DNA of 64,000 nt from a virus: positions 2,746 through 66,745 of IMG/VR virus record IMGVR_UViG_3300010403_000025. One strand, 5' to 3'. Below, piece after piece: positions 19,144 through 28,300 of the stretch. The notes under the pieces were generated by a model. The model was not told where the DNA came from. It searched no databases and saw only the letters and a list, made by a program, of their open reading frames with translations. Both the position numbers and the translations under genes were made by a program. Each line of letters starts with the position of its first letter. Positions within the stretch are counted from its first letter, which is position 1.

Positions 19144-19284
19144 TTAACGCGGCTTCCGCTTCGTTTGTTTCTTTCGTTTCGGTAGTGCCGATTTTGGCAC
19201 AGTCAGAACGGCTTTCATGGCATCGCGCAAACGCTTGAATGCTTCCGGGCCTTCGATCATTTCACGATGTTTCGTGCTACCCAT
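19144..19284 (-). CDS. 46-aa basic IS1595 accessory protein (not in ORF track)
   Basis: MGSTKHREMIEGPEAFKRLRDAMKAVLTVPKSALPKRKKQTKRKPR, with SD AGGAAAGGA; convergent on the transposase. Confidence 0.65.
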   Translation of the reverse strand: MGSTKHREMIEGPEAFKRLRDAMKAVLTVPKSALPKRKKQTKRKPR

Positions 19285-19318
19285 GCGCTTCCTTTCCTAA
19301 TGGTTCATAGTAGCACGG

Positions 19319-20140
19319 TCACGGAAATAGGCCGCTACTGACGAACTGTGGCAATAAATGAACTCGGATATAGGAATGAATTCCCGCAAGGGTTTTGACA
19401 ACCAATTCATCTTTGGCCACGCCACTGGCGAACGCAATACTCATCAGTGGTCTGATCAACATTGCCATTTCAGGGTGATCGATCCAAAAGGAAAATGGCC
19501 GGAGTTCGGCAATTACTGTGTCTGTCGTTATCATCCGACCGCCGAAGTACGTGTTCTGTTGCTGCAAGAATGGGTGAAGCTCGGGTACATCGAACGTGTC
19601 AACGGTAGCGCCGCTGGTATGCAAGACCCTGTGCTTATCCGCATTGGACAATTCGGCCAAAAGCCCAAGGTGTGTTTTGAGTGGGAATGGGTCGTGGTGC
19701 GGCTGCAAACTCTTGATCAGTGTCTTGGCCGCTGGGTCCATTCCATCGATTCTCCGTTCTTGACTCTTGGGGAATCCGTCTTTCGTGTTGGGGTCGCTCT
19801 TGACGACGATCGGGAATTGGGAGCTCTTTGCGATCTCATCGCTAATTGCCGACCCGATCTTTCGATGATGGGCTTCAATCAGTGCGAAGTTAATGTGATC
19901 GAGAGAGCCACGCAGATTATGAAGTATATCCCCGATGATCAACGAGAACGGGTCGTCAGGTGGTTGGACTCCAATGCTGATTCTGTATTCGATATAGTGA
20001 CTGGGGTCTTGAATTGGCTGGAGTCGAAACGTCGCTTTACTTTCGGATTGGACCCAATTGGTGATCTCCGACCGCAATTGCTTCAAGTGATACTGCGCCC
20101 TGTCGAGTTTAAGAATAAAGCTGTGATCTGGGGAGGCCAC
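19319..20140 (-). CDS. IS passenger protein of unknown function
   Basis: KLDRAQYHL...IGDILHNLRGSLDH...FP...LSNADKHR; lies within the TIRs. Confidence 0.75.
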   Translation of the reverse strand: MASPDHSFILKLDRAQYHLKQLRSEITNWVQSESKATFRLQPIQDPSHYIEYRISIGVQPPDDPFSLIIGDILHNLRGSLDHINFALIEAHHRKIGSAISDEIAKSSQFPIVVKSDPNTKDGFPKSQERRIDGMDPAAKTLIKSLQPHHDPFPLKTHLGLLAELSNADKHRVLHTSGATVDTFDVPELHPFLQQQNTYFGGRMITTDTVIAELRPFSFWIDHPEMAMLIRPLMSIAFASGVAKDELVVKTLAGIHSYIRVHLLPQFVSSGLFP

Positions 20141-20229
20141 GACCGTCTATTCTTACGTACTCTGGGGCTGTCAGCCAAGTATGTTATTGCCGGAGTTAGC
20201 AGCTCCTTAGCGGGTTCGCTTATTTTAGC

Positions 20230-20913
20230 ATGAAACTTGCTGTCGCCACCTGCTGGGCCTATCGGGATGCGCTTTTACCGTTCTTCTATCTGCTCGATAA
20301 GTTTTGGCCGACGCATCCGGAAGTGACGATCGTAACGGATGAATGGTGCGGTGATAGCTACGGTGCCGACGTGTATCAAGGTGGACGAAAGACATGGTGT
20401 CAGATTCTCGCGGGATATGCGAAGGAAGCGGAAGAGACGATACTCCTCCTTCAGGACGATTTCTTCCTGACAGTGCCAGTTCAGAACGACCTCGTGATTC
20501 ACGGACTGAAGGAAATGTACACGTATGACGCGGGTTGCGTTCGACTCTATCCGTGTCCCGGTGGAGTGGAACGTTACGGCGATCCGTACTTTCAAGTCGT
20601 CCCGAATGGCGAACGGTACAGGGTAAGTTGTCAGGCCAGTCTATGGAAGCCGAGCTATCTCTATAAGATTGTGAGCAAATGCCACGACCACGGAGAACCG
20701 AGCGACTTTGAAACCAACGGCACCGTGTATAGCTATCAACTACCGGAGCCGGTCCTAGCATTCAAGGCCGATATACGACCGTTGCCGCTGGACTATCTGT
20801 GCAGCGCCATTTCGAGAGGACTATGGGAACCGGCTGCTATTGAGCTGTGTGAGAAGTATCACATCCCGATGGATCGATCGATGCGTGAGGTCGCAACGCC
20901 GTGCTTAACGTAA
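20230..20913 (+). CDS. Putative GT-A glycosyltransferase (paralog 3)
   Basis: DKFWPTHP, ILLLQDDFFL, QASLWK, DFETNGT, AISRGLW. Confidence 0.7.
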   Translation: MKLAVATCWAYRDALLPFFYLLDKFWPTHPEVTIVTDEWCGDSYGADVYQGGRKTWCQILAGYAKEAEETILLLQDDFFLTVPVQNDLVIHGLKEMYTYDAGCVRLYPCPGGVERYGDPYFQVVPNGERYRVSCQASLWKPSYLYKIVSKCHDHGEPSDFETNGTVYSYQLPEPVLAFKADIRPLPLDYLCSAISRGLWEPAAIELCEKYHIPMDRSMREVATPCLT

Positions 20914-21578
20914 CGGCGATCATGCCGACGCGCGGAAGGCGCGTCTGGGCGAATCAAGCCTTGAAGTGTTTTCTCGCGCAGACCTACGAACACAAAGATT
21001 TGATCATTCTGGATGACGAGGACAATCCATCCTTTCCAATACCGCCGAAGTATCCCAACGTGGCGCACATTCTCTTAAAAGAGAGAATGTCGATAGCCGC
21101 TAAACGCAACATGGCGGTGCGATTGGCGACGGGTGAAATCATTTGTCATGTCGATAGTGACGACTACAGCGCACCGAATAGATTTCAAGACCAAGTCGCG
21201 CTCCTCGAAGAACATCACAAATCCGTCACCGGATACCATTCGATGATTTTCCACGATGCGGAACGCGGCCTTTGGTATTTCAAAGGCCTTCAGGGGTTTC
21301 CGATGGGAACGAGTCTCATGTATCGGAAATTGTTCTGGAGTGGATGTCAATTCGTACCGGACCCGATTCATGTGGCGCTCGGTGAATTGAACGTCGGCGA
21401 AGACAATATGTTTGCCAGGGCGGCGCGAAACGCTAACGAAGTCATCACGACAGATGCAGGCTTCACGATGGTCGCGCGAAGTCATTCGGATAACGTCTCG
21501 AAACGCGATGTTCTAAATCGCGAGCATCAAGAGTGGCATCGCTGGACGGGTGGATTGCCGACAGGGTTTACGCCGTGA
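20901..21578 (+). CDS. Glycosyltransferase family 2
   Basis: VTAIMPT, FLAQTY, LIILDD, AKRN, ICHVDSDDY, GED. Confidence 0.9.
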   Translation: MLNVTAIMPTRGRRVWANQALKCFLAQTYEHKDLIILDDEDNPSFPIPPKYPNVAHILLKERMSIAAKRNMAVRLATGEIICHVDSDDYSAPNRFQDQVALLEEHHKSVTGYHSMIFHDAERGLWYFKGLQGFPMGTSLMYRKLFWSGCQFVPDPIHVALGELNVGEDNMFARAARNANEVITTDAGFTMVARSHSDNVSKRDVLNREHQEWHRWTGGLPTGFTP

Positions 21579-21729
21579 AGATATTAGCGATTCTTACTTT
21601 ATTGTTGAATATGGCGCTCTTCGGTTATTGGTTCTACGTCGGCAATGCGGTCCTGGTCGCCGTATGCGCTTCTGCCGTGTGCGCATCTGCAGGTATGGCA
21701 TTGGTCCGCATGTTCAAGGGTTACTGAGA

Positions 21730-22101
21730 TTGAACGCCGGCCGCCGCACGGATCTTATTACGTTCCAGGGACGAGTCTTAACCAATCTGCCGAATGGTGG
21801 CATCCAGACAACCTGGAGCCCGCTTGCCGTCGATGGTGGATTCACGGAATGGGCCGAGCCGCTACGGCAAAGTGAAACGGTGGTGCAGTTCACGATTCCT
21901 TACCGATCGGGAATCACGCCGGCCTCGCATCGAATCATCTGGGAAGATGCGATCTGGAATATTGCGAGCGCCATCCGTGATCCAAAGAATATTGATCTCC
22001 GGATTTCGTGCGATTTTTCGATGATGGTCGAAGTCACGACCATCCAAAGCACCGAACGCGAATTCATCGATGGAATCCCTATCGTCGCGCGGCCGGAATA
22101 A
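21730..22101 (+). CDS. Head-tail adaptor / head closure (gp7/gp16-like)
   Basis: TTG start: LNAGRRTDLITFQ...FTIPYRSGITPASHRIIW...WNI. Confidence 0.75.
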   Translation: MNAGRRTDLITFQGRVLTNLPNGGIQTTWSPLAVDGGFTEWAEPLRQSETVVQFTIPYRSGITPASHRIIWEDAIWNIASAIRDPKNIDLRISCDFSMMVEVTTIQSTEREFIDGIPIVARPE

Positions 22102-22110
22102 TGCATCTCC

Positions 22111-22203
22111 GTGACTCCCGTCACACGCAAACTCCACGAGCAATTAATCCGCTTAGTGAAAGGGATTATCAAAGCGTGGGAAGAATGGCTCACTAACAGT
22201 TAA
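22111..22203 (+). CDS. 30-aa peptide upstream of tail tube gene (not in ORF track)
   Basis: VTPVTRKLHEQLIRLVKGIIKAWEEWLTNS, amphipathic helix. Confidence 0.5.
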   Translation: MTPVTRKLHEQLIRLVKGIIKAWEEWLTNS

Positions 22204-22308
22204 CAGGTTCCTACCAAGTTCGTTGAACGGCCTCGCGACTTCGCGTCGTCTCGTCGTTGCTCCTGACCTCCTTGGGATTTTCAAACAAATCCTTTCGGAG
22301 GTTTATCC

Positions 22309-22737
22309 ATGGCAACGTCAGCCTTTTTAGGGTCGCAAACCCTACTCAAAATAGGCAACGCGGCTTCACCAGAAGTCTTCACGACGATCGGTGAAGTCAC
22401 GAGCATCGGGGCAATCGGGCAACGGAACGACTTAGTCGAGGTAACTCACATGTTATCAACGGCTAAGGAGTACATAGGGGGCCTCCCGGACGGCCTCGAA
22501 ATGGACATCGTCTGTAATTATTTGCCGACGAACGTCCAGCAACAGACGGCGTATTTTAAAGTCGCGGCTGGAACTGTGGCTAACTTCCGAATGGTTATGC
22601 CTACAGGTGGTTCGAGTTTAACGTTCTCGTTCTCTGCACTCGTGATCGGATGGACTGTGGGGCCCTTAACTCCGAACGAAGCGTATAAGGTAACTTTTAC
22701 CCTAAAAATTTCTGGCGCGATTTCTGGCCCGAACTAG
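22309..22737 (+). CDS. Major tail tube protein
   Basis: FTTIGEVTSI...VEVTH..STAKEYIGGLPDG...TLKISG; strong GGAGG SD. Confidence 0.92.
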   Translation: MATSAFLGSQTLLKIGNAASPEVFTTIGEVTSIGAIGQRNDLVEVTHMLSTAKEYIGGLPDGLEMDIVCNYLPTNVQQQTAYFKVAAGTVANFRMVMPTGGSSLTFSFSALVIGWTVGPLTPNEAYKVTFTLKISGAISGPN

Positions 22738-22779
22738 AACTAGCGTTAGAGTTCTGGTTCTGGTGATATTGGCGACAGT

Positions 22780-23808
22780 TCATGATTTGTTCATGAACTG
22801 TCGCCTTCCACGACTCGGCACCGTTAGGGTATCTACGACATCCCATCCAGCATCAATGCGGTTTATCAGCGTGCTTGATCTGATGCCTGTCAGTTCAGAC
22901 CACTCCGATACACATAGAGTTTGACTCTGAAAGGTGATCATCCTAGACACTTCCCTATTTCGTGATTGTTGCTTTGGAGTGGCCCATCGGCAATTAGTTT
23001 TGCAGTAAGGTCCTGAGGGGTTTGGATATCGATCAAGCGAATATGTTGGCGACGGTGGGTCTCCCATATCGAGATAAAACTGCTCAAAGGATTCGCGCCA
23101 TGCGGCGCAGACCTCGATACCGCGCCCTCCATACCGATCGTAATTGGATGCATTCGGGTTATGGCATCTCTGCATCATTCCTTGATAGATCGAATATATT
23201 CGCGTCCGCGACTTCCCGTGCGTAGTTGTATAACGACTAATAGAATTGCTAACACTTTCTCGCGCAAGACATCCGCATGATTGGGTACGGCCAGCAGTAA
23301 TATTACTGACGAATGCCCTGATATGATTGCCGCAATCGCAGGCACACACAAACTCTGCAGGCTTCCTGTGTTTATGGTTGCTAGGAATTCTTAGCAATAC
23401 TTCAAGACGGCCAAATCGACGACCAATATAGTTGGTTGTTCGCTCGATGCATCCGCACGATCGCGTCGAGCCTGACAGCAAATTAGAACTTTGATGTTCC
23501 ATTAGTGTTCCGCAACTACAGAGACATTTATACAATGGTGACCCGTGTGCGTTGTTACCAACACACTCTAATGCTGTCCATTCACCAAATGTCTGCCCGG
23601 TCAAATCCTGATGTGCTCTGAGGCAACCACACGACAGAGTCTCTGCTCTAATAAGATGATCGATGCGTATAGACAACGTGGTGCCGCAATCGCACTCGCA
23701 TTGCCAATGCCGCTTGCCAATGTAGTTAATTGCCGTGATTTTACCGAAACGTTCTCCGGCTATATCTTTGAAGTTATGCGGGTGTTTGCTAGATTCCAGA
23801 TTAGCCAT
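22780..23808 (-). CDS. HNH-like free-standing endonuclease with CxCxCG/SCGC repeats
   Basis: Three G.RFG...C.CDCG...SCGC units, then RC.NPN...YGGRGI.VC..W...F..DMG...SLDR......Y...NCRWAT. Confidence 0.85.
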   Translation of the reverse strand: MANLESSKHPHNFKDIAGERFGKITAINYIGKRHWQCECDCGTTLSIRIDHLIRAETLSCGCLRAHQDLTGQTFGEWTALECVGNNAHGSPLYKCLCSCGTLMEHQSSNLLSGSTRSCGCIERTTNYIGRRFGRLEVLLRIPSNHKHRKPAEFVCACDCGNHIRAFVSNITAGRTQSCGCLARESVSNSISRYTTTHGKSRTRIYSIYQGMMQRCHNPNASNYDRYGGRGIEVCAAWRESFEQFYLDMGDPPSPTYSLDRYPNPSGPYCKTNCRWATPKQQSRNREVSRMITFQSQTLCVSEWSELTGIRSSTLINRIDAGWDVVDTLTVPSRGRRQFMNKS

Positions 23809-23906
23809 GTGGATCACTCCTTGTTAGTGACTATGTGGTTAGGCCCGCAGCGAGGTGACAACTCACTGTCGGGCCGCTTGTATTTTAACACGATAGGAAG
23901 AGGGAA

Positions 23907-24275
23907 ATGAGCAATAACGGTAACGGAACCGGCCGTATTAATTGGGCGGCGAAACGAAAAACAAAAGACATCTACATCGATGAGATCGAAGATACCGTCA
24001 AGATCCGGGCGTTATCCGCAAGTCAATTGGATGGTCTCAGTGACGAAGATCGAAGCAAGACCGTCACGCTGATGGCGTTGTCGATTGTGGATAAAGATCT
24101 GCAACGGATCTATACCACCGACGAAGATATGGCGGAACTCAAGGAAATGAGCATCGCCGTACGAAAGCAGATCAGTGATGAGATTGGTTTGCTCAACGGC
24201 TTCAGCAAGGAGGCGATTGATGAAGCCGCAAAAAAATCCGTAGCCAGCCAGAGTACCGATTCCGTTTCCGTCTAG
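23907..24275 (+). CDS. Tail assembly chaperone (G)
   Basis: Position after tail tube; ends ...LNG...EAAKK with slippery A AAA AAA at 24230-24236. Confidence 0.85.
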   Translation: MSNNGNGTGRINWAAKRKTKDIYIDEIEDTVKIRALSASQLDGLSDEDRSKTVTLMALSIVDKDLQRIYTTDEDMAELKEMSIAVRKQISDEIGLLNGFSKEAIDEAAKKSVASQSTDSVSV

Positions 24276-24589
24276 CTGGCTACCTTGGAAAGTCGTTGCG
24301 TGAAATCGATGCGATGCCTGCCTATGAATTGTTTGAGTGGATGGTTTACGAGTCCATCGAACCCTTTGGGGATCGGCGACGGGATTTTCAATTCGCACAA
24401 GTGATGTCGTTGATGCTCAATCTCAATCGCACGAAGAAGAGTGACAAGATGTGGAGTCCCGCAGACGTCATGCCGAAGTGGGATGCACCGCCACCGAAGC
24501 CGCAAACCCGCGAGGAGCAATTTCAAATGATGAAATTGTTCCAGGGATTTCAGGAAGCACAAGGGAATCCAGAAGCGAAGCCGAGTTAA
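23907..24589 (+). CDS. Tail assembly chaperone GT (programmed -1 frameshift product)
   Basis: The -1 frame after A7 reads IRSQPEYRFRFRLAGYLGKSLREIDAMPAYELFEW..Y..IEPFGD and joins ORF 24296..24589. Confidence 0.85.
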
Positions 24590-24849
24590 GGCTCGCAGGT
24601 GTTATCCAGTTCACACAGGGGCTGTCTATTACGTTCGGCAATGCGGCGAGCTGCATCATAGCGACGTGCTTCGGCTTGCCGTGCTAGTTCGACGTATTGT
24701 CGATTGAGATCTAATTGATGAGCGTATGCCGCTTTCGCCTCGTCATCCCAGCCCACAATCTTATCGGTGACGTGACTGATATTGAGCAGTAGCAGGACGA
24801 TCAAGAATCCAAGAGCAACCCCACCAGCAGTGATGAACATTTGTCTCAT
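24586..24849 (-). CDS. Antisense membrane protein resembling a tape-measure segment (candidate exclusion protein)
   Basis: N-terminal TM helix then GWDDEAKAAYAHQLDLNRQYVELARQAEA, 21/29 identical to TMP residues 208-236; TCGAAA-17-TATGCT-6-ATG leaderless promoter. Confidence 0.8.
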   Translation of the reverse strand: MRQMFITAGGVALGFLIVLLLLNISHVTDKIVGWDDEAKAAYAHQLDLNRQYVELARQAEARRYDAARRIAERNRQPLCELDNTCEP

Positions 24850-24869
24850 GTGCAGAGCATACGCTTAAT

Positions 24870-25307
24870 ATGGCGACTTTTCGATTAATCGGCTGGTCTG
24901 AGTTCGAAGCGCAATTGCAGGAACTCGACGCGAGTCTGCAACGTAAAGGACTCATTGAAGTTGCGGACGCTGCTGCCGATATTCTCGTGGATGCGGCCCG
25001 AGCCATAGCGCCGCGCAGTAAAGACGGTAGCCATATGGCAGACCGTATCAAGAAGAGAGTATCCAGCAAAGACAACGGCATTCATAGAGTGACAGTGGAT
25101 GTCGGGCCGGATGCGAAAGATTTTCACGCACTGTTTGTGGAGAAGGGCACGAGGGAACGGTTCTACAAAAAGGGACGTAAGGGAAGCTCATCAGGAGTAA
25201 TGCCGGCGCATCCCTTCATGGCACCGGCGTTTGACGCCAACGTGGACCGGATGACTCAGGCGATTCAAGAGAAGATGCAGGACATTATCGATCGGGTGAC
25301 GGCATAA
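24870..25307 (+). CDS. HK97 gp10-like tail/neck component
   Basis: ARAIAP...FHALFVEKGT...MPAHPFMAPAFD. Confidence 0.9.
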   Translation: MATFRLIGWSEFEAQLQELDASLQRKGLIEVADAAADILVDAARAIAPRSKDGSHMADRIKKRVSSKDNGIHRVTVDVGPDAKDFHALFVEKGTRERFYKKGRKGSSSGVMPAHPFMAPAFDANVDRMTQAIQEKMQDIIDRVTA

Positions 25308-28300
25308 ATGGCTGACGCAGTTCTGAAGAGTTTAGCGGTCCCGATAAGCCTATCGACGGATCAGTGGAGCGCGGGTTTACAGCGAATCCAACGGGACGCG
25401 AAGAGTCTAGAGAATGATCTGAAACCGCTGGCGGATCCTCTCAAATCGGCAGGCGTTGAGGCGAAGAAGACAGGCGAGTCGATGTCGAACTCCTTCCGCA
25501 ACGCCAGTACTGCCGCTAAAGATCAAGTCCGATGGCTCAATGAAGTTGAGGAGGCGACGAAAAGACTCGACGCTAAATTCGATGCTGCTGACAGATCCGT
25601 CCGCGCGTTCGTTAGAAGCACAGATGAGTTTTCTACTCTCGGCGATCCTCTCTCTGAGTTCGGCGATGATTTCTCTCAACTGGGTGCTGCCGTTGAGAGC
25701 AGCACGGCAAAAATAACGCACTCGTTCGGCGATGCCCATGCTGCTGCTTCTGGATTAGAGCAAATGCTGGGCGTTCATTTGCCGCGATCGGTGACGCGAT
25801 TTCTGGCGGAATCCGAAAGCATTGGCCCGATATTAGCCGGGGCGTTTAGCGCCGTTGCTGTCATTGGAATGATTCAGGTTTTAGAGCAACTGCCCGCCAT
25901 TTATAAAAAACTGGAAAGCGCGGTTACGGGATGGGACGACACAGCGAAGAAAGCCTATGACCACCAACTCGAGTTGAACAGACAACTTGTTGAGATCCTG
26001 CGTGATGCTGAGGCGGCCTACATCAAGTTGGACGAAGCAGCGGGACGCATTTCCGGAGTCGAGTCCACGAAACGTCAGATCGATCTATTAGAAACAGAAA
26101 AAGCCCGTCAGTTAGACATCATCAACGGTATCCAGGAAGAGATCAATGCGCGCACGAAGTTAGAAGAAACATCTAAGGCGCTCGGTGGTGTAGCTGCGCT
26201 AGGAGCGATGGCAGCGAATATTCTGACAAGCCGAGTGAGCATGTCGGAATTGACCGAGCAGATGAAGGTGGCTCAAGGGGAAGTTGATAAGTTAGAAAAA
26301 GCCATGCAGAAATTAGGCGCCGCGGATATGGCGGCGGCTAAAGCTCGGGATGAAGCCAAGGCTAGACGGGAAGTATCGGGCCTACTTAGCGAAATCAACT
26401 CACAGCAAGAAACAGCGCGGAAGGGAGCAGAAAAATATGCGGAGGCTCTAGCCAAAGCTGCTGACGCTGCCGCGAGATTAACTAATTTCCTTCGTGGCGC
26501 TGAGGGTGTTTTTGAGGCACCTATTGCGCGATTTGCTGACTTAAGTAGAGTGCTTCTTGCACTTGGACCGAAAGTGACAGCCATTCAGGGCGCGCTAGGA
26601 ACAACGCTCGACCCGCTTCTGACCGATGCTGAAGTCCTAGCTAATGCTTTAAAGGGCATTCAGGCGATGAAGGATAAAGATGCGGCAGATGCAGCGGCGC
26701 TTGCGGCCGCACGGGCTAAAGGTGATGCCGAGCGCCTAGCCGCAGCTAAGCAATTTCAAGCTCAAGGGCAGGCGGTCATTGATCACTTCATCGACGACAT
26801 TTCGCGCATGTTCACTTCGATGATTGCGCATGGGCAGAGCTTCTGGGAAGCCTTCAAGAATCTGGGTAAGTCTGCGGTCGCGGCAATAGCGGATACGTTC
26901 TTGAGCATCATGCTCCACAGCTTTTTAGATCCCTTTGCGAAGCAATTCGGGGAATGGCTCTCTAACATGAAGGACAGACTGTCATCCCTCATGAAGGGTG
27001 TCGATAAAGAAGGAAATCCCTTGAAGGGTTTTTTTGGGGGCCTCAACAAGGAGGGTGCTCCATTAACGGGTCTTAAAGGAACCGCATCGAAGGTTGCCAC
27101 CACAGCCGTGCAACATCTTCCCGAAATCGGTGCAGCGGTTGCCGGATTTGTTGTCCTGAACAAGCTCATCGGCAATTTCGCGCGCGAGCACAAGGCCTTG
27201 ACCATCGCCCTCACTGGCGGTGTCGGCGCCGTCATTGTTCTACTCAACGGTCTGCATAAATTGGCGAATGAATTTGTGCAGAAGATTCAGAATCCCTTCG
27301 CAAAGTCGGTTGACAGTTTATTCGAGAGTCTTTCCGAAGCGCAGCAAATGGGCTCTCTCACGGCGGATCAAGTGAAGCAGTCGCGTTTCTCGTTAGAGAA
27401 GATGTGGAAAGACTTCCAGGCGGAAGCCGCGAAGGCGAACAGCACGATCGGTGCGCAAGCGCTGGCCACCATGACACCGTTCATGAAGACGTGGCGTGAG
27501 TGGCTGGACGGACTCGATAAAGCAGCAATCGAATTGGAACGGATGGCCAAGGTTCAGGAGTTCATGGCGAAGGTTGGCGATGCGGCGAAAGATAGCGAAG
27601 CGCTGAATGAAGCAATTTCCAATCTGCGGGCGGCGGGAGTCGATGCGTCCGTCATTGTGAAATTCCTTGGCGGCGATGTGTTGACGATGGTGGATGCCAT
27701 GATGGCCTTGCATCAAGAAATCCCTGATGCCACGAAAGCGATTTACGGCTTGGCGAAAGCGACGGGCTTTATGTCGCGCGTAACGGATGCGGCGCAGGAT
27801 AGTGAAGCGTTGAATAACGCCATCGCCACATTACAGGGCGCGGGCGTTGAAGCCTCAGCCATCGTGAAGTTCTTGGGCGGCGATATTCTCTCGATGGTCG
27901 ATTCGATGAAGGCGTTACACATGGAGATTCCGGCTGGCATTGCGGGAATCTATGACCTCATCAGAGCCATCGAACGCATCGGTGAGATTGATAACGAACT
28001 CGAGAGCGTCTTTGAGCAACTATCGTCCGCGATTATTCAGAAACTCGACATTCTGGACGCGGGCATTGCAGAGGCTACGAAGAATATCGAGGACTGGTCG
28101 CGGGAACTCGACGATCTGACGAAGACGTTAGATGATGCCGCGCACTGGCAGAAGGTCTACGACGATGCGGTACGCGAGTCGGCGGCGAATTATGAAAAGC
28201 TGACCAACGAGCGGGTCTCGATTGAGAAGCGCATTCAAGATATCACTCAGGATATCGAGCGCGAGAAGTTGGTTGAGGCGGTCAAGAATGCGAAAGCCGT

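Larger units (their letters stand above)
18065..20191 (+). mobile_element. IS1595-family element with passenger genes
   Basis: Terminal inverted repeats GGCAATAATATACTTGACTGACA / GGCAATAACATACTTGGCTGACA (21/23) and a perfect 8-bp target duplication GGAGTTAG at 18057-18064 and 20192-20199. Confidence 0.95.

Noticed and set aside
19358-20233. 291-aa plus-strand ORF antisense to the IS passenger
   Set aside because: In-register shadow that crosses the IS end; the minus-strand protein has the recognisable motifs. Its ATGA overlap at 20230 is probably chance.
5387-21578. Island as a host O-antigen/capsule locus marking a prophage boundary
   Set aside because: Flanked on both sides by consecutive head-tail genes, coupled to them, and lacking wzx/wzy/initiating transferase genes.
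24667-26015. TMP-like segment pair as a diversity-generating retroelement template/variable repeat or an invertible segment
   Set aside because: No reverse transcriptase in the window; differences are mostly synonymous third positions involving all bases, not adenine-specific; DNA identity is too low for recombination sites.
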